Origin: a virus
Direction: 5' to 3' (one strand)
DNA length: 64,000 bases
Virus record (IMG/VR): IMGVR_UViG_3300032770_000014
Span: 1-64,000 of that record
Positions 1 through 9,418 of this stretch are shown here, one piece after another (position 1 is the first letter of the stretch; each line of letters opens with the position of its first letter). The notes below the pieces were generated by a model that had not been told where the DNA came from, made no database searches, and was given only the letters and a program-made list of their open reading frames with translations. Position numbers and translations under genes: made by a program.

Positions 1-1
1 T

Positions 2-757
2 GCTGAAGCCGATCGCCCTGCCGCGCGCGACCTTATCACTCGCAATGCTGCGGCGCAATCCCATCTGACCTCGCGTGAGACTGTCTATCGCGCGTTTGTG
101 GACAATGATCCGGTGAAGCTGCAACAGGCTGCGGCTGGGGCGGCAGGTAGCCAGAATCCTCCGGTCGTAGCAGCCCAGCCCAATCCTGCCAATCCCGCTA
201 ATCCCCCCGCCTCTCCTCTCAGCGTCTCCCTCGATCAAGTCTCCGCCCTCTTCAACGAGAAGGTGAAGTCTGTCTATACCTCTCCTGAATTCACCGCCGC
301 CGTCGAGACCCTCGCTGAGAAGAAGGCTCAGGCCAAATTCGAGGCCGAGCGCGCTAACGTGATCGGAGCCGGTGCTGAAATCTCTGATACCATCTCCTCC
401 ATCCGCGAGAACCACCTGCGCGAGTTCAACGAGCCGTTGGATTCGGCCAAGTTCCGCGAGTACTACGCGGCAGAAGGCCCGAAGCATGGCAACCGTCTGC
501 TCGACACCTACAATGCCTATGTCTCGGAGAAGCGCACTGAGAAGAAAATCGCCGACGGGATTGCTGCCGGACTCGCCGCGCAAGCCACCGCCTCCGTCCC
601 CGGTTCCGCGGTTCCCGGCGTTGGCAACCCTCTGGCCCCCAACTTCGTGGACCACAACATGAAGGTGATCTCCCCGGCTGGAACGGCCGCGCCCTCGGCC
701 GACGCCGACAAAGCCGCGCAGGCCTTCGCGCAGATGCGGCAGGGATGGACGCAGTAG
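2..757 (+). CDS. Probable capsid scaffolding protein (5' partial; frame open to window edge)
   Basis: Frame of ORF 98..757 is open from position 2; helical Ala/Glu/Lys-rich with Pro-rich linkers; immediately upstream of the major capsid gene. Confidence 0.55.
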   Translation, partial: AEADRPAARDLITRNAAAQSHLTSRETVYRAFVDNDPVKLQQAAAGAAGSQNPPVVAAQPNPANPANPPASPLSVSLDQVSALFNEKVKSVYTSPEFTAAVETLAEKKAQAKFEAERANVIGAGAEISDTISSIRENHLREFNEPLDSAKFREYYAAEGPKHGNRLLDTYNAYVSEKRTEKKIADGIAAGLAAQATASVPGSAVPGVGNPLAPNFVDHNMKVISPAGTAAPSADADKAAQAFAQMRQGWTQ

Positions 758-781
758 CCGTCTGATCCTGAGCTAGGAATG

Positions 782-814
782 AACTGGGGGACCGGAGACG
801 TCCCCCAGTTTTTT
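782..814 (+). terminator. Rho-independent terminator
   Basis: AACTGGGGGAC-loop-GTCCCCCAGTT perfect stem followed by T run. Confidence 0.75.
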
Positions 815-1012
815 GTCTGCGTCTGTTGTGCAGGATGGACCAAACGACGCTCTCGAACAAGCCCTCACAGTATCCAAAATGCCGAAGCAGGGGATGGGAT
901 TATTCCGTTCATCAATCCGATCCGCTGTTGCAGGTTGAAGCAGCAACCTGCCCTACCCATCCCCTCCCTCCACCCTCCCCCATCTTGACCTCCTCCCCGC
1001 GGAAACTTTACA

Positions 1013-1035
1013 TACCGAAATTCTTGTGATTGACT
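1013..1035 (+). promoter_or_regulatory. Putative late promoter (TACCG-N12-TTGACT)
   Basis: Variant of motif repeated with identical spacing upstream of five other late genes. Confidence 0.5.
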
Positions 1036-1084
1036 TTCTTCGAGTCGGGTGGTAATTCCCGAAACCTGAAGGAGGGCATACTTC

Positions 1085-2071
1085 ATGCCGCCAAGTGGTA
1101 ATCAGACAATCTACAACGATTTGACTTCTTTCACCTACCAGTGGATCGTGCCGCGGGTGCAGGATGTTTACTTCAAGGTCTCGACGATCTTCCCGATCCT
1201 GTTCCGGCCCGACAACTTCAAGACCTTCTCGGGCTTCCAGATCCAAGTGCCGATCCAGTACGCTCCTCTCAAGGGCGGGCCTACTGTGGACGGCGGCGTG
1301 TTCGACATCTCCTCGTTCGAGACCGACACGGCGATGATCTTCGTGCCCAAGGAGTACTACACCAACGTTACCCTCTCCAGACAGCGGATTGCCCTCAACC
1401 AAGGCAGCCAAGCCGCGATGTCCTATGTGCAGGTGAAGGTGACCAATCTCTACCAGTCGATGATGCAGTATCTCGCGCAGGACACCTTCCGCGACGGACA
1501 GGGAACGGTCTCGGGCTTGAACGCGCTGGACGGCCTGCTGGCCGCCAACGATTCCGGCGCCAACTACCCTCAGTACGGCCAACTGGCCCGCGCCGCGATC
1601 GGCACCGGCGCCAACGCCGGAATCGCCGGTTACTACCAGTCCTTGAACACGCCCCTCTCCACTCAGATTCTCCAGTTCGCCTTCGGCGCGGCTTCCTTCG
1701 GCAACACCCAGCCGAACCTGGCCTTCATGACGCAGCCGATCTGGGACACGATGTGGCTGAGGATGTTCCCGGCACAGCGCGTGATGGACGACGACCCAGG
1801 CGTGATCTCCTTCGGCGCGACCTCGCTGAAGTTCTATGGGAATAAGCGGCTGTTGGTTGACCAGTATGTTCCGACCGGCGACGTTTTCCTGAACCGTGAC
1901 GAGTTCCTCCAGTGCTACGTGACCGAGGACAAGCTCTTCCAGTTCGGGTTCACCGGATTCAAGGAACTGCCTGACTCTCTCGACGGTGCCGGCCAAACCG
2001 TGTTCCTTGGCGACATCGTTAACGCCCAGCCTCGTGTCTCGGGCGTCCTTGTCAACGTGCAGAACACATAA
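1085..2071 (+). CDS. Major capsid protein (HK97-fold, inferred)
   Basis: 328 aa, strong GAAGGAGG RBS, strongly biased codons, GFQIQVPIQY and LDGL-type motifs typical of phage MCPs, position after scaffold. Confidence 0.8.
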   Translation: MPPSGNQTIYNDLTSFTYQWIVPRVQDVYFKVSTIFPILFRPDNFKTFSGFQIQVPIQYAPLKGGPTVDGGVFDISSFETDTAMIFVPKEYYTNVTLSRQRIALNQGSQAAMSYVQVKVTNLYQSMMQYLAQDTFRDGQGTVSGLNALDGLLAANDSGANYPQYGQLARAAIGTGANAGIAGYYQSLNTPLSTQILQFAFGAASFGNTQPNLAFMTQPIWDTMWLRMFPAQRVMDDDPGVISFGATSLKFYGNKRLLVDQYVPTGDVFLNRDEFLQCYVTEDKLFQFGFTGFKELPDSLDGAGQTVFLGDIVNAQPRVSGVLVNVQNT

Positions 2072-2198
2072 CGCGCGCTGACGTAAACCGGGGCCGCACA
2101 GCATGCCTGACGGCCCTCCGCAACGTAACAGGTTTGCCCCCACCATATCGGGGCCAGCAGGAAGGTCAGCAGGAGCTTCCTGAACGGAGGAAACTCAG

Positions 2199-2852
2199 AT
2201 GTACGGTCCTTATGCCCGTTTTGCCAATCCAACCACCCAGCTCGACTCCACGGCCAAGAATCCTCTCGGCCTCGTCTATTCGCCGCCTTGGGGAACCTAC
2301 TCCAATGTGTCCGGGGTTTCCAGCCCGGTCTTCTCGACCACTGCCAGTGCTTCTACCGCTGGCTACGGTGCGCCAGGCATCTTCAAGTATGTCTATTTCT
2401 ACGACGCTTCAGCCCTGACCGGCACGGCGCAGTCCGCGCCAGCTCCGGTCTACTGGATCGACGAGTCGTTTACCACCGTCACCTCAAACGCGGCCGATGC
2501 TTATTTCACGACCAATGGTAACTGCGTGGCCGGCTACTGGATGCCGAACACTACAGCCCTCGGTTCCTCTTACACCGCGGCTCAGTGGTATGCGCAGTTC
2601 GTTCAGTCTTATGGCTGGATTCAGGTCGGCGGATTCCTCTCCCAAGCCTACGTGTCCACGGTGACCGCTGCAGCCTTGGGTAATCCGATCTACGGCGCAA
2701 ATACCGGCTCATGGGCTTCCATTGTCGCTGCTGCTTCGACGGCAAGTTCGGCTGGTGTCTCGCGATACCTAGGCGTTCAGTGGTCTGCCGCCACTGCTAC
2801 CAACTACTTCGACGTGCTAGTCAATGGCGACGCGATGTTCTGGGGCAGCTAA
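2199..2852 (+). CDS. Probable capsid decoration/cement protein
   Basis: 217 aa Ala/Thr/Ser/Gly-rich beta protein with YGWIQVGG motif, directly after MCP, GGAGG RBS. Confidence 0.55.
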   Translation: MYGPYARFANPTTQLDSTAKNPLGLVYSPPWGTYSNVSGVSSPVFSTTASASTAGYGAPGIFKYVYFYDASALTGTAQSAPAPVYWIDESFTTVTSNAADAYFTTNGNCVAGYWMPNTTALGSSYTAAQWYAQFVQSYGWIQVGGFLSQAYVSTVTAAALGNPIYGANTGSWASIVAAASTASSAGVSRYLGVQWSAATATNYFDVLVNGDAMFWGS

Positions 2853-2891
2853 GATCCACGGACTCGAATCTTCAGGAAGGAGACTTAGAAA

Positions 2892-3266
2892 ATGTCGATT
2901 ACGTGGACTGAAAATGCCGATTCTCGTGCCGTGCTGGCGCCGTCGGTCATCATGCAGCAGAACAAGGCCTCGTTCGGCGCGTCGGATTACGTCAATGGTG
3001 GCTATGCTGTCTATCCCTCGGCCTTCGGGCTGTCGTCTATCCGCGCGCTGATCCCGGTTGCATTCAGCGCGTCGGGAGCGGGAAATCCGGGCGGATATGT
3101 GTGGGAGGCTATTGCACCTGCCACCGCCGGGCCAGCCGCGACGTACCCGTGGTATCTGAGGGCGTTCCAGCAGACTTCTGCAACCGGACCGCTGGTCGAG
3201 CCAGCCACCTCCGCGTCGTGTAACTTCAACGGCGGGACGATGGATTGGATGGCTATCGGCTACTGA
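2892..3266 (+). CDS. Virion structural protein (minor head/decoration-like)
   Basis: 124 aa, DYVNGGY motif and C-terminal AIGY, head-gene context, GGAG RBS. Confidence 0.5.
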   Translation: MSITWTENADSRAVLAPSVIMQQNKASFGASDYVNGGYAVYPSAFGLSSIRALIPVAFSASGAGNPGGYVWEAIAPATAGPAATYPWYLRAFQQTSATGPLVEPATSASCNFNGGTMDWMAIGY

Positions 3267-3339
3267 TGGCAGAATTTGTAGTGTGATTGTTTGTTGCCGC
3301 CGTTGCTCGCTGCCCGTTGCCTTGCTGGTTGTTTGGCCT

Positions 3340-3408
3340 GCCCGCTGTCTTGCCGCTTCGCTTGTGACTCCTTGGGGGAGTGCGGGGCAGGACGGCGGGC
3401 TTTTTCTT
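3340..3408 (+). terminator. Long hairpin plus U-tract closing the capsid unit
   Basis: GCCCGCTGTCTTGCC pairs with GGCAGGACGGCGGGC (G-U allowed), inner ACTCC/GGAGT stem, followed by TTTTTCTT. Confidence 0.6.
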
Positions 3409-3416
3409 GAGGTGGA

Positions 3417-4454
3417 TTGATGAGTTCTTGGTCTAACGCGCCGATAGCAAACGCAGCCAACCAGGTTCTTCCCACGCCGGGCGTGAACCCGTGGCGCAAC
3501 CAGATGAACTTCGCGCAGATGGTGGGCGCGATCTCCAGCGAGAATCCCGACATCGACCCCAGCGACGTTCAGGTTCAGATCAACTCGATCGTCCGCGACA
3601 TCTATGACCGGCGAACTTGGTCCGGCCTGTTCATTCGTGGCCAGATCGCTACCACCGGCTTCACCGTTGGCGGCTCGGTCAACGTTACGCAAGGCTCGAA
3701 CCTCATTCAAGGAGTCGGTACCTCGTGGACCCCTGCCGTCGTCGGCCAGCAGTTCCGCCTCGGCTACAACACTCCTCCCTACAACATCACCGCCGTTGAT
3801 CCCTTCGCGCAAGTTCTCACCATCGAGATGCCGTGGGCCTCGAACAGTTACTCGACGGCTGGCTACTACATCGCACAGTATTATTACACGCTGGGGTCGA
3901 ACATCAAGTACGTGCACACCGCCAAGAACATGCTGATGGCGTGGCGGCTGCGGCTGGACTACACGCAGCAGACTCTGGACTCCCGCGACCCGTGGCGCGC
4001 AACCGTGTTCACGCCTACCGCCCTCGTGCAGATGCCGCCTGACCCCAACGGGAATTACCAAGTGGAGCTGTGGCCTGTACCTTCCATTGTTCAAGCCCTC
4101 CCATGGATTGCCTACTGTCAGCCTCCCAATCTTGTGAACGACCCTGACGCGCTGCCCCCTGCTATTCGCGCTGACATCGTAGTGGACTTCGGGCGCGCAT
4201 GGGCCAAGACCTACAAAGGGCCGAAGTGGAACAAGTACTACGACAAGCCGGAGGCAGACCGGTTACGACAGGAGGCGGAGTACAAATTGCTGTACATGGC
4301 CAAGGCTGATGAAGATCTCTACCGCCAATCGATCCTTTTCCGCAACGAGGATATTCGCGTGGCCCCAGACCTGCTCTCCGGCTACCGCAACGCGATCTGG
4401 GATTTCAATCACGGCGTTCCGGCCGGGGAAGGCAATTCGGAATGGTCTTGGTAG
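3417..4454 (+). CDS. Head-tail adaptor-like protein with inserted beta domain
   Basis: N-terminal helix pair (NFAQMV..INSIVRDIY), VELWPVP motif, inserted GSVNVTQGSNLIQGVGTSW segment. Confidence 0.55.
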   Translation: MMSSWSNAPIANAANQVLPTPGVNPWRNQMNFAQMVGAISSENPDIDPSDVQVQINSIVRDIYDRRTWSGLFIRGQIATTGFTVGGSVNVTQGSNLIQGVGTSWTPAVVGQQFRLGYNTPPYNITAVDPFAQVLTIEMPWASNSYSTAGYYIAQYYYTLGSNIKYVHTAKNMLMAWRLRLDYTQQTLDSRDPWRATVFTPTALVQMPPDPNGNYQVELWPVPSIVQALPWIAYCQPPNLVNDPDALPPAIRADIVVDFGRAWAKTYKGPKWNKYYDKPEADRLRQEAEYKLLYMAKADEDLYRQSILFRNEDIRVAPDLLSGYRNAIWDFNHGVPAGEGNSEWSW

Positions 4455-4479
4455 CTTGGCTCTCAGAAAGGACAGTACG

Positions 4480-4674
4480 ATGCGCTCTACATCCATGAAG
4501 CACGAAGAGGCGCGGGAAACTCCGCGTCAGGAAGCTCGTTATCATTCGCCAGCCTTCTTGCGTAAGGCGGCTCGCCTGGCCGAGGGCAAGCGCAGGGGCA
4601 AGCGAGCCAGCGCGAGGGGAGCAAGCGCGAGGGGAGCCAGCATGCGTACCTCTCGGCGCCGGAGCCGCGGATGA
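4480..4674 (+). CDS. Small Arg-rich basic protein (64 aa)
   Basis: AGAAAGGA RBS before ATG 4480, ATGA overlap with next gene, ASARG repeat and RRRSRG tail. Confidence 0.6.
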   Translation: MRSTSMKHEEARETPRQEARYHSPAFLRKAARLAEGKRRGKRASARGASARGASMRTSRRRSRG

Positions 4675-5051
4675 TCTGCACCTGTGGGCACGACTCGCCG
4701 TCTTACTCAGTCAGGCTGTCTCCCGCTGGTCCGCGAACGGTCTGCCGGCACTGTACGTCGTCGCATCCGCGCGCGTCTGTGACCAATCCGTTTGCCACGC
4801 TGAAGCTCGATCACGCTCACGACGAACTAGGCAACCCGGTAGAAGTCTCCTCCCTGCGCCAGCTCCAACAAGCCGAGAAACGCTACAAGTTCAAAAGTCT
4901 TGTGGCCAACGAGCGCGAGGCCGATTTCGACAAGCCGCCGCAGCATCGGCAGAAAGACCTGTTCGAGGCCACCAGCGAGGCGGGCGGATGGCTCTACCCA
5001 GAGGTGGCCGAGTCGATGATCCAAGAATTGCGCGAGGCCGGGGAGATTTAA
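4671..5051 (+). CDS. Hypothetical protein with N-terminal zinc ribbon
   Basis: CTCGH..CRHC motifs; translationally coupled. Confidence 0.6.
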   Translation: MICTCGHDSPSYSVRLSPAGPRTVCRHCTSSHPRASVTNPFATLKLDHAHDELGNPVEVSSLRQLQQAEKRYKFKSLVANEREADFDKPPQHRQKDLFEATSEAGGWLYPEVAESMIQELREAGEI

Positions 5052-5069
5052 CCCTCTAGTCCCTAGCCT

Positions 5070-5092
5070 TACCGCTTGACCTCGTATAAACT
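5070..5092 (+). promoter_or_regulatory. Putative late promoter (TACCG-N12-TAAACT)
   Basis: Repeated fixed-spacing motif in intergenic gap before GGAGG RBS. Confidence 0.6.
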
Positions 5093-5113
5093 GCCCCCCG
5101 ACGGAGGTTCCTT

Positions 5114-5494
5114 ATGGCCGAGATGTTTCGCAAGTGCGTTGACCAGAATGGCGTCGAGATTAGCGGCAACTCTCATCCTGTGACCGATTACGGCCACTCC
5201 GCCAATGAGCAACGTCCGTCGCAACCGCACTGGATGGCTGGCTATGACGGATTCGGCGGTTACACGGAACCACCTGCCGAGACCATCGTCCACAAGACCA
5301 AGGACCGCGTGATTGGGGGACAGAGAAGTCGGGCCGGTGCCATGATTTTCGAGGGCGACCTTCTTCCCCGCTCAGAGCGCGTCCCTCGCGAGGAAGCGGG
5401 GCGACCCATTGAGAAGCACGACCCGTCCTGCTGGTGCGATCTGTGTCATCCACCGCAGCCGCCCACAGAGCCAGTCAAAGCATACCGGAGGTAA
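5114..5494 (+). CDS. Hypothetical protein (C-terminal HDxxCWCxxC motif)
   Basis: GGAGG RBS, 126 aa. Confidence 0.6.
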   Translation: MAEMFRKCVDQNGVEISGNSHPVTDYGHSANEQRPSQPHWMAGYDGFGGYTEPPAETIVHKTKDRVIGGQRSRAGAMIFEGDLLPRSERVPREEAGRPIEKHDPSCWCDLCHPPQPPTEPVKAYRR

Positions 5495-5514
5495 GGAAGG
5501 CAAGGAGGTAGTAG

Positions 5515-6099
5515 ATGTCTCTTCGCGGATTCGGAAACCAAACTCTCACAGGCTCGCCGCAGCCGCTGATCGGCTCGCAACTTCAGTCTGCTGTCACTCC
5601 CTCTCCTGACTTCTATACCGGCCGGCTCGATCCCGGTTCCCAGTCCTCCTCCTCTCTGCTCTCCGTCTATGCTCCTTCCCTCTTCCGTCAGGGCGATCAC
5701 GTCATGGTGGGAGCGTCCAACTCCTTCAACCAAGGCTCCACTACCTCGGTCGATGGCGGCACGGTCCAAGCCGTCAACGCCTCGGCCTCGAACATCCTCG
5801 TCACCGGCTTGATGCGCAGGCACTCCGCTGGGGAGTGGGTGATCCTGGCCGTCCCTGTCTCTCAAGCCCTGATCCAGGTTCCTAGTGGGAACTCGGGCGC
5901 GCAGGTTTACTTGGGAGAGGACGCGACGGTAGCGTCTACCTCCCAGACCCTGATCGCAGCAATTCCGAAAAACACCGTCCAGCCGCCCTTCAGCGTCCCG
6001 ACATCGGCGGGCGGAACCTTCAACACCTTCGAGTCGCAGAAGATGTGGGTGCAGGGAACAGCAAGCGACACGTACCTGCCCAGCCTGTTCATACCATAG
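5515..6099 (+). CDS. Virion structural protein
   Basis: 194 aa Ser/Thr/Gly-rich beta protein, AAGGAGG RBS, shares HxxGE beta module with other virion genes. Confidence 0.55.
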   Translation: MSLRGFGNQTLTGSPQPLIGSQLQSAVTPSPDFYTGRLDPGSQSSSSLLSVYAPSLFRQGDHVMVGASNSFNQGSTTSVDGGTVQAVNASASNILVTGLMRRHSAGEWVILAVPVSQALIQVPSGNSGAQVYLGEDATVASTSQTLIAAIPKNTVQPPFSVPTSAGGTFNTFESQKMWVQGTASDTYLPSLFIP

Positions 6100-6112
6100 G
6101 ATTCGCGCGGCA

Positions 6113-6802
6113 ATGGCTCTGACCTCGACAATCGCGGAGATGGCTCCAGCCGTAGGTGAGCGGTTGCAAGATCCTACGTTTGTTTTCTGGAATCAGACAT
6201 ACGAGGTGAACGCGGCCTTGGCCGAGGCCATCTCTGAGCTTCTCCTTATCGTCGGTAGACCGACCGCGATCTTCAATCAGCCTGTCACCATCCAGCCCAA
6301 CGTCGTCTGGCAGCAGATGCCTTCTGGCCTTCTCGCGGTCACTGACATCTACCTCTCCGGCAAACGGCTGGCCAAGACCACCCTGCGCTCGCTCGACAAT
6401 CTCTGCGCTTCCTGGTCGTCGTCATGGGAATCAGACCGTGCCGCACAGCCGGCGCGCTGGGCTCCCGTTGGCCTGTCGATGTTCGTTGTTCATCCCGCGC
6501 CACTGGCGCCGGTGCAGGCGAGCGTGACTGGGATCGCTTACCCGCTGACGGATAGCTGGCCACCGAACGGGACGGAGACGAGTCCATTCCACAAGGAAGT
6601 GGATCAAGCCTTAGAAATGTTTGCAGCTAGTTATTGCAGGGTTAAAGAGGTCGGACAGGATTTCCAAGAAGGGCTTGCGCTCTATACACAATTTCTTGAA
6701 ATCGGTCAGCGTCTCTCCGCCATTGAGGACCGTCGCGATTCCCTTGCATGGACCCGCTCTCTCGGCGCTCCGACCGCGCCCTCCCAAGTCTCTCATCGAT
6801 AA
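6113..6802 (+). CDS. Head-tail adaptor-like protein
   Basis: ERLQDP..FW..EVNAALAEA N-terminus and FVVHPAP motif typical of podoviral adaptor/ring proteins. Confidence 0.6.
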   Translation: MALTSTIAEMAPAVGERLQDPTFVFWNQTYEVNAALAEAISELLLIVGRPTAIFNQPVTIQPNVVWQQMPSGLLAVTDIYLSGKRLAKTTLRSLDNLCASWSSSWESDRAAQPARWAPVGLSMFVVHPAPLAPVQASVTGIAYPLTDSWPPNGTETSPFHKEVDQALEMFAASYCRVKEVGQDFQEGLALYTQFLEIGQRLSAIEDRRDSLAWTRSLGAPTAPSQVSHR

Positions 6803-6806
6803 TCCC

Positions 6807-6835
6807 TTTACACGCTCCCCTGTAAGTCGTATCCT
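6807..6835 (+). promoter_or_regulatory. Sigma70-type promoter TTTACA-N17-TATCCT
   Basis: Near-consensus -35/-10 with 17-nt spacer in intergenic gap. Confidence 0.55.
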
Positions 6836-6853
6836 TCTTAGGCAGGAGAACCT

Positions 6854-7684
6854 GTGCCCATGCTAACCGACACTGCCCCCTCCCCCGCCTCGGAATCGAC
6901 CACAAATCCTGACCCTGCCGTGATCGAAGCTGCCGAAGCCGTTGCTGAAGAAGCCACCGAAATCGTCGCCGAGGCCACCGGCGAGGCCGCCGAAGCCACC
7001 ACTGAAAAAACCTTTGACCGTAAAGCCTACTGGACCCCGGAGCGACGAGCGGCCCTGTCCGAGAAGATGAAGCGGAAACACGAGCCTTCAGCCTTCGCCT
7101 TGACTGACGAACATGAGTTCCCGACCTCGCCATCGCCCCCTCCGCCTGTGGACCTCCAACATAACCGGGGAATCCTCAGCACGGTACCTGCTCCAGACAA
7201 CCTCATTGCCGCGCCTCCCCCCCCTCCCGGCACACCCTCCTCTCCCTACCGCCGTTGTCCCTGCCTTGCCGTCCTCCCCGGCCGCGTCTGCACCTTCTGC
7301 TACGGGACCAAGTGGACGAAGCTCTGTCCCAAATGCTCGGGGGAAGGCCGGATCAATCTTGTCGTGCGCAAGGGAGCGGAGCGGTCGATGCCCTGCGGGA
7401 ATTGTGGTGGGAGAGGAACCCTGCCAGCCAACACGGCGGAGATCACGGAAGCTGCCCGGCTGGCGGAGGAGTTCGCTGCGGGGCCGGAGGGCCAGGCCGC
7501 GCTTGCTGCCGCTGCCGTTGATGACCTGCCTGACTTCCGCCGCGCTGTCAGGCTACCGGGAATCGGCGTCACTGCCACCAAGCGAGGAGGGACGCTGGCC
7601 GCGAAACGGCGAGAACAGGAGCGATACGCGAAGCGCAGGCAGGCGCGCGCGAAGGCCAAGGCGAAGGCTGGAGCAACAAATTAG
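6854..7684 (+). CDS. DnaJ-type zinc finger protein with acidic N-terminus and basic tail
   Basis: CTFCYG, CPKCSGEG, CGNCGGRG repeats; WTPERRAA motif; GGAG RBS. Confidence 0.65.
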   Translation: MPMLTDTAPSPASESTTNPDPAVIEAAEAVAEEATEIVAEATGEAAEATTEKTFDRKAYWTPERRAALSEKMKRKHEPSAFALTDEHEFPTSPSPPPPVDLQHNRGILSTVPAPDNLIAAPPPPPGTPSSPYRRCPCLAVLPGRVCTFCYGTKWTKLCPKCSGEGRINLVVRKGAERSMPCGNCGGRGTLPANTAEITEAARLAEEFAAGPEGQAALAAAAVDDLPDFRRAVRLPGIGVTATKRGGTLAAKRREQERYAKRRQARAKAKAKAGATN

Positions 7685-7690
7685 CAGACT

Positions 7691-7713
7691 TACCGCTGAA
7701 TCGCTGCTATCCT
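7691..7713 (+). promoter_or_regulatory. Putative late promoter (TACCG-N12-TATCCT)
   Basis: Repeated motif; ATG 10 nt downstream without SD. Confidence 0.6.
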
Positions 7714-7723
7714 GTCCCGCGAG

Positions 7724-8905
7724 ATGCCACTTGGACTGAGAACGGTAGCGGACCTCAGTTGCGAAATTGGCTTGCACCTCCTAGAGCCATTCGTAAACCA
7801 AACCCTTGCCTCCTCCGTCAGTTCTGGCAGCGCGGTTACAATCGTCCTCAACCCCACTACCCCTCTCCCCGCTACCTCCTATCTCTATCCCGGCGCGCAG
7901 GTCGTCATAGGCTGGCAGACCAGTCCGTCCGACGCCGAGGTGGTTACTGTTCTGACCGTGGCTGCCGACGGCGTGACCTTCACGGCGAACCTGGTCAACG
8001 ATCATGCTGCAGGAGAGACGGTCTTCGGCGCCACGTTTCCTACCCAAGCCTTAACCGACCCCATTTTCACCCAATCCGAGATCGTTGGCTACATCGCTCA
8101 GGCCCAGAACGAGTTCCTGACCAAAGTCCCACTGATCCTCCAGCTATTCCCCAACCTCGAAGTCCTGATCGGCCAGTCCAACCAGACCCTCCCCGCGACC
8201 GCGATCGAGCTGGAGCGCGTGGCTGTGCAGTCCAACCCGGCCGCGACCCAGTTCGCTATCTCGTCTATCACGCGCAGCGGAGGTACGGTCACCTGCCTAC
8301 TGACCAGTTCCGTCAATTCCGACCAATGGACCGCAGACCTCCCTATCCAAGTCTTCGACGTGACTGACTCCACGTTCAACTCCACCGCGAACTCGACCTT
8401 CCTGCTCGCCTCGGTCTCGTCGGATGGCTTGACGCTGACCTGGCCGCAGGCAGTAGCGGATTCCTCCAGCAGCGGCGGCGTGGTCTCCCGGCCTATTCTG
8501 ACCCGGCTGTACGAGTCTGCGCAGGAGCAGATCGCGCTGAACCAGCCGTGGGGATTAACCAGTCCGGTACCGACGAACTGGTGGGAAGATCGTTCAGGAA
8601 TTTACGGATGGGGCGTCTCGCCAGTACCACAAAGCAATAACTGGATGGAGTTGCTGGCGAGCGTCAGGGCGAGCGAGAGCCTGACCCTGCTGTCGGGATT
8701 CCTTGTGCCGGATGTGTTCGTGTACGCGATCAAATGGCGCGCGCTGGCCTACTGCTGGGCGAAGAATGGCGTCCAACGCAGCCCGACGATGGAGAAGTTC
8801 GCCAAGGGTAAATTCGACTTCTACTGCCTCCTCGCTGATCGCTTCCTGCGCAACACGATCCAGAAAGTCGGTCAAGCCGGTGCCGCTGCGGGAGGGAACT
8901 TCTGA
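7724..8905 (+). CDS. Head-tail adaptor-like protein with two inserted beta domains
   Basis: FTQSEIVGYIAQAQNEF and WGVSPVP motifs; inserted HAAGE and SITRSGG modules. Confidence 0.55.
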   Translation: MPLGLRTVADLSCEIGLHLLEPFVNQTLASSVSSGSAVTIVLNPTTPLPATSYLYPGAQVVIGWQTSPSDAEVVTVLTVAADGVTFTANLVNDHAAGETVFGATFPTQALTDPIFTQSEIVGYIAQAQNEFLTKVPLILQLFPNLEVLIGQSNQTLPATAIELERVAVQSNPAATQFAISSITRSGGTVTCLLTSSVNSDQWTADLPIQVFDVTDSTFNSTANSTFLLASVSSDGLTLTWPQAVADSSSSGGVVSRPILTRLYESAQEQIALNQPWGLTSPVPTNWWEDRSGIYGWGVSPVPQSNNWMELLASVRASESLTLLSGFLVPDVFVYAIKWRALAYCWAKNGVQRSPTMEKFAKGKFDFYCLLADRFLRNTIQKVGQAGAAAGGNF

Positions 8906-9360
8906 TGCCCGCCCTCGCCTCCAACCCGCTCCCGATCCAGTTCACCCCCTTTACCAAAAAGCACTTTGAGACGGACGCCGGGATAGCATTTGTTAACCAG
9001 ACCTTGAGCCAGTTGACGACTACCATTAACGCCCTCCTCGGCTCTGGCGGCCCGACCCTACTCCCCTCCGGCATCGACGTCCAAGGCGCGAAGGTCACTG
9101 GCTTGGCAGCGCCAGAAAGCGAATCAGATGCCGTCTCCCTTAGTCACGCGCAGGGGAACTACTCCGCGCCTGCCGTGGCCCCGCAACTGGACCTCGGCGG
9201 CAAGAACACCCTCAAAGGGCTGGCGGCGGTTTACTCTGTGGTGCAGCCGGGGATTGGGACATCGACTACGCTGACCCTGGCGAAACTCACTGGGGGCGGC
9301 AGCAGCGGATCGATCACGATCAAGAACGGCGTGGTGACAGCTTTCACGCCGCCGAGCTAG
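8905..9360 (+). CDS. Virion structural protein (short fibre/needle-like)
   Basis: KVTGLAAPESESDAV fibre-type motif and GSITIKNGVVT C-terminus; coupled to upstream gene. Confidence 0.5.
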   Translation: MPALASNPLPIQFTPFTKKHFETDAGIAFVNQTLSQLTTTINALLGSGGPTLLPSGIDVQGAKVTGLAAPESESDAVSLSHAQGNYSAPAVAPQLDLGGKNTLKGLAAVYSVVQPGIGTSTTLTLAKLTGGGSSGSITIKNGVVTAFTPPS

Positions 9361-9370
9361 GGAGGAACAG

Positions 9371-9418
9371 ATGGCCGAGCAGAAGCAATATGAATCCAAG
9401 CCGTTCCTGCTTATTTGA
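9371..9418 (+). pseudogene. Orphaned original 5' end of the 10362..14531 tail gene
   Basis: GGAGG RBS then MAEQKQYESKPFLLI-stop, 10/12 identical to MAENKNYESKPF at 10362. Confidence 0.8.

Noticed and set aside
953-4094. Long antisense ORFs 953..2146 and 2817..4094 (and similar shadow ORFs elsewhere)
   Set aside because: Mirror frames of GC-rich coding genes with no RBS or recognisable motifs
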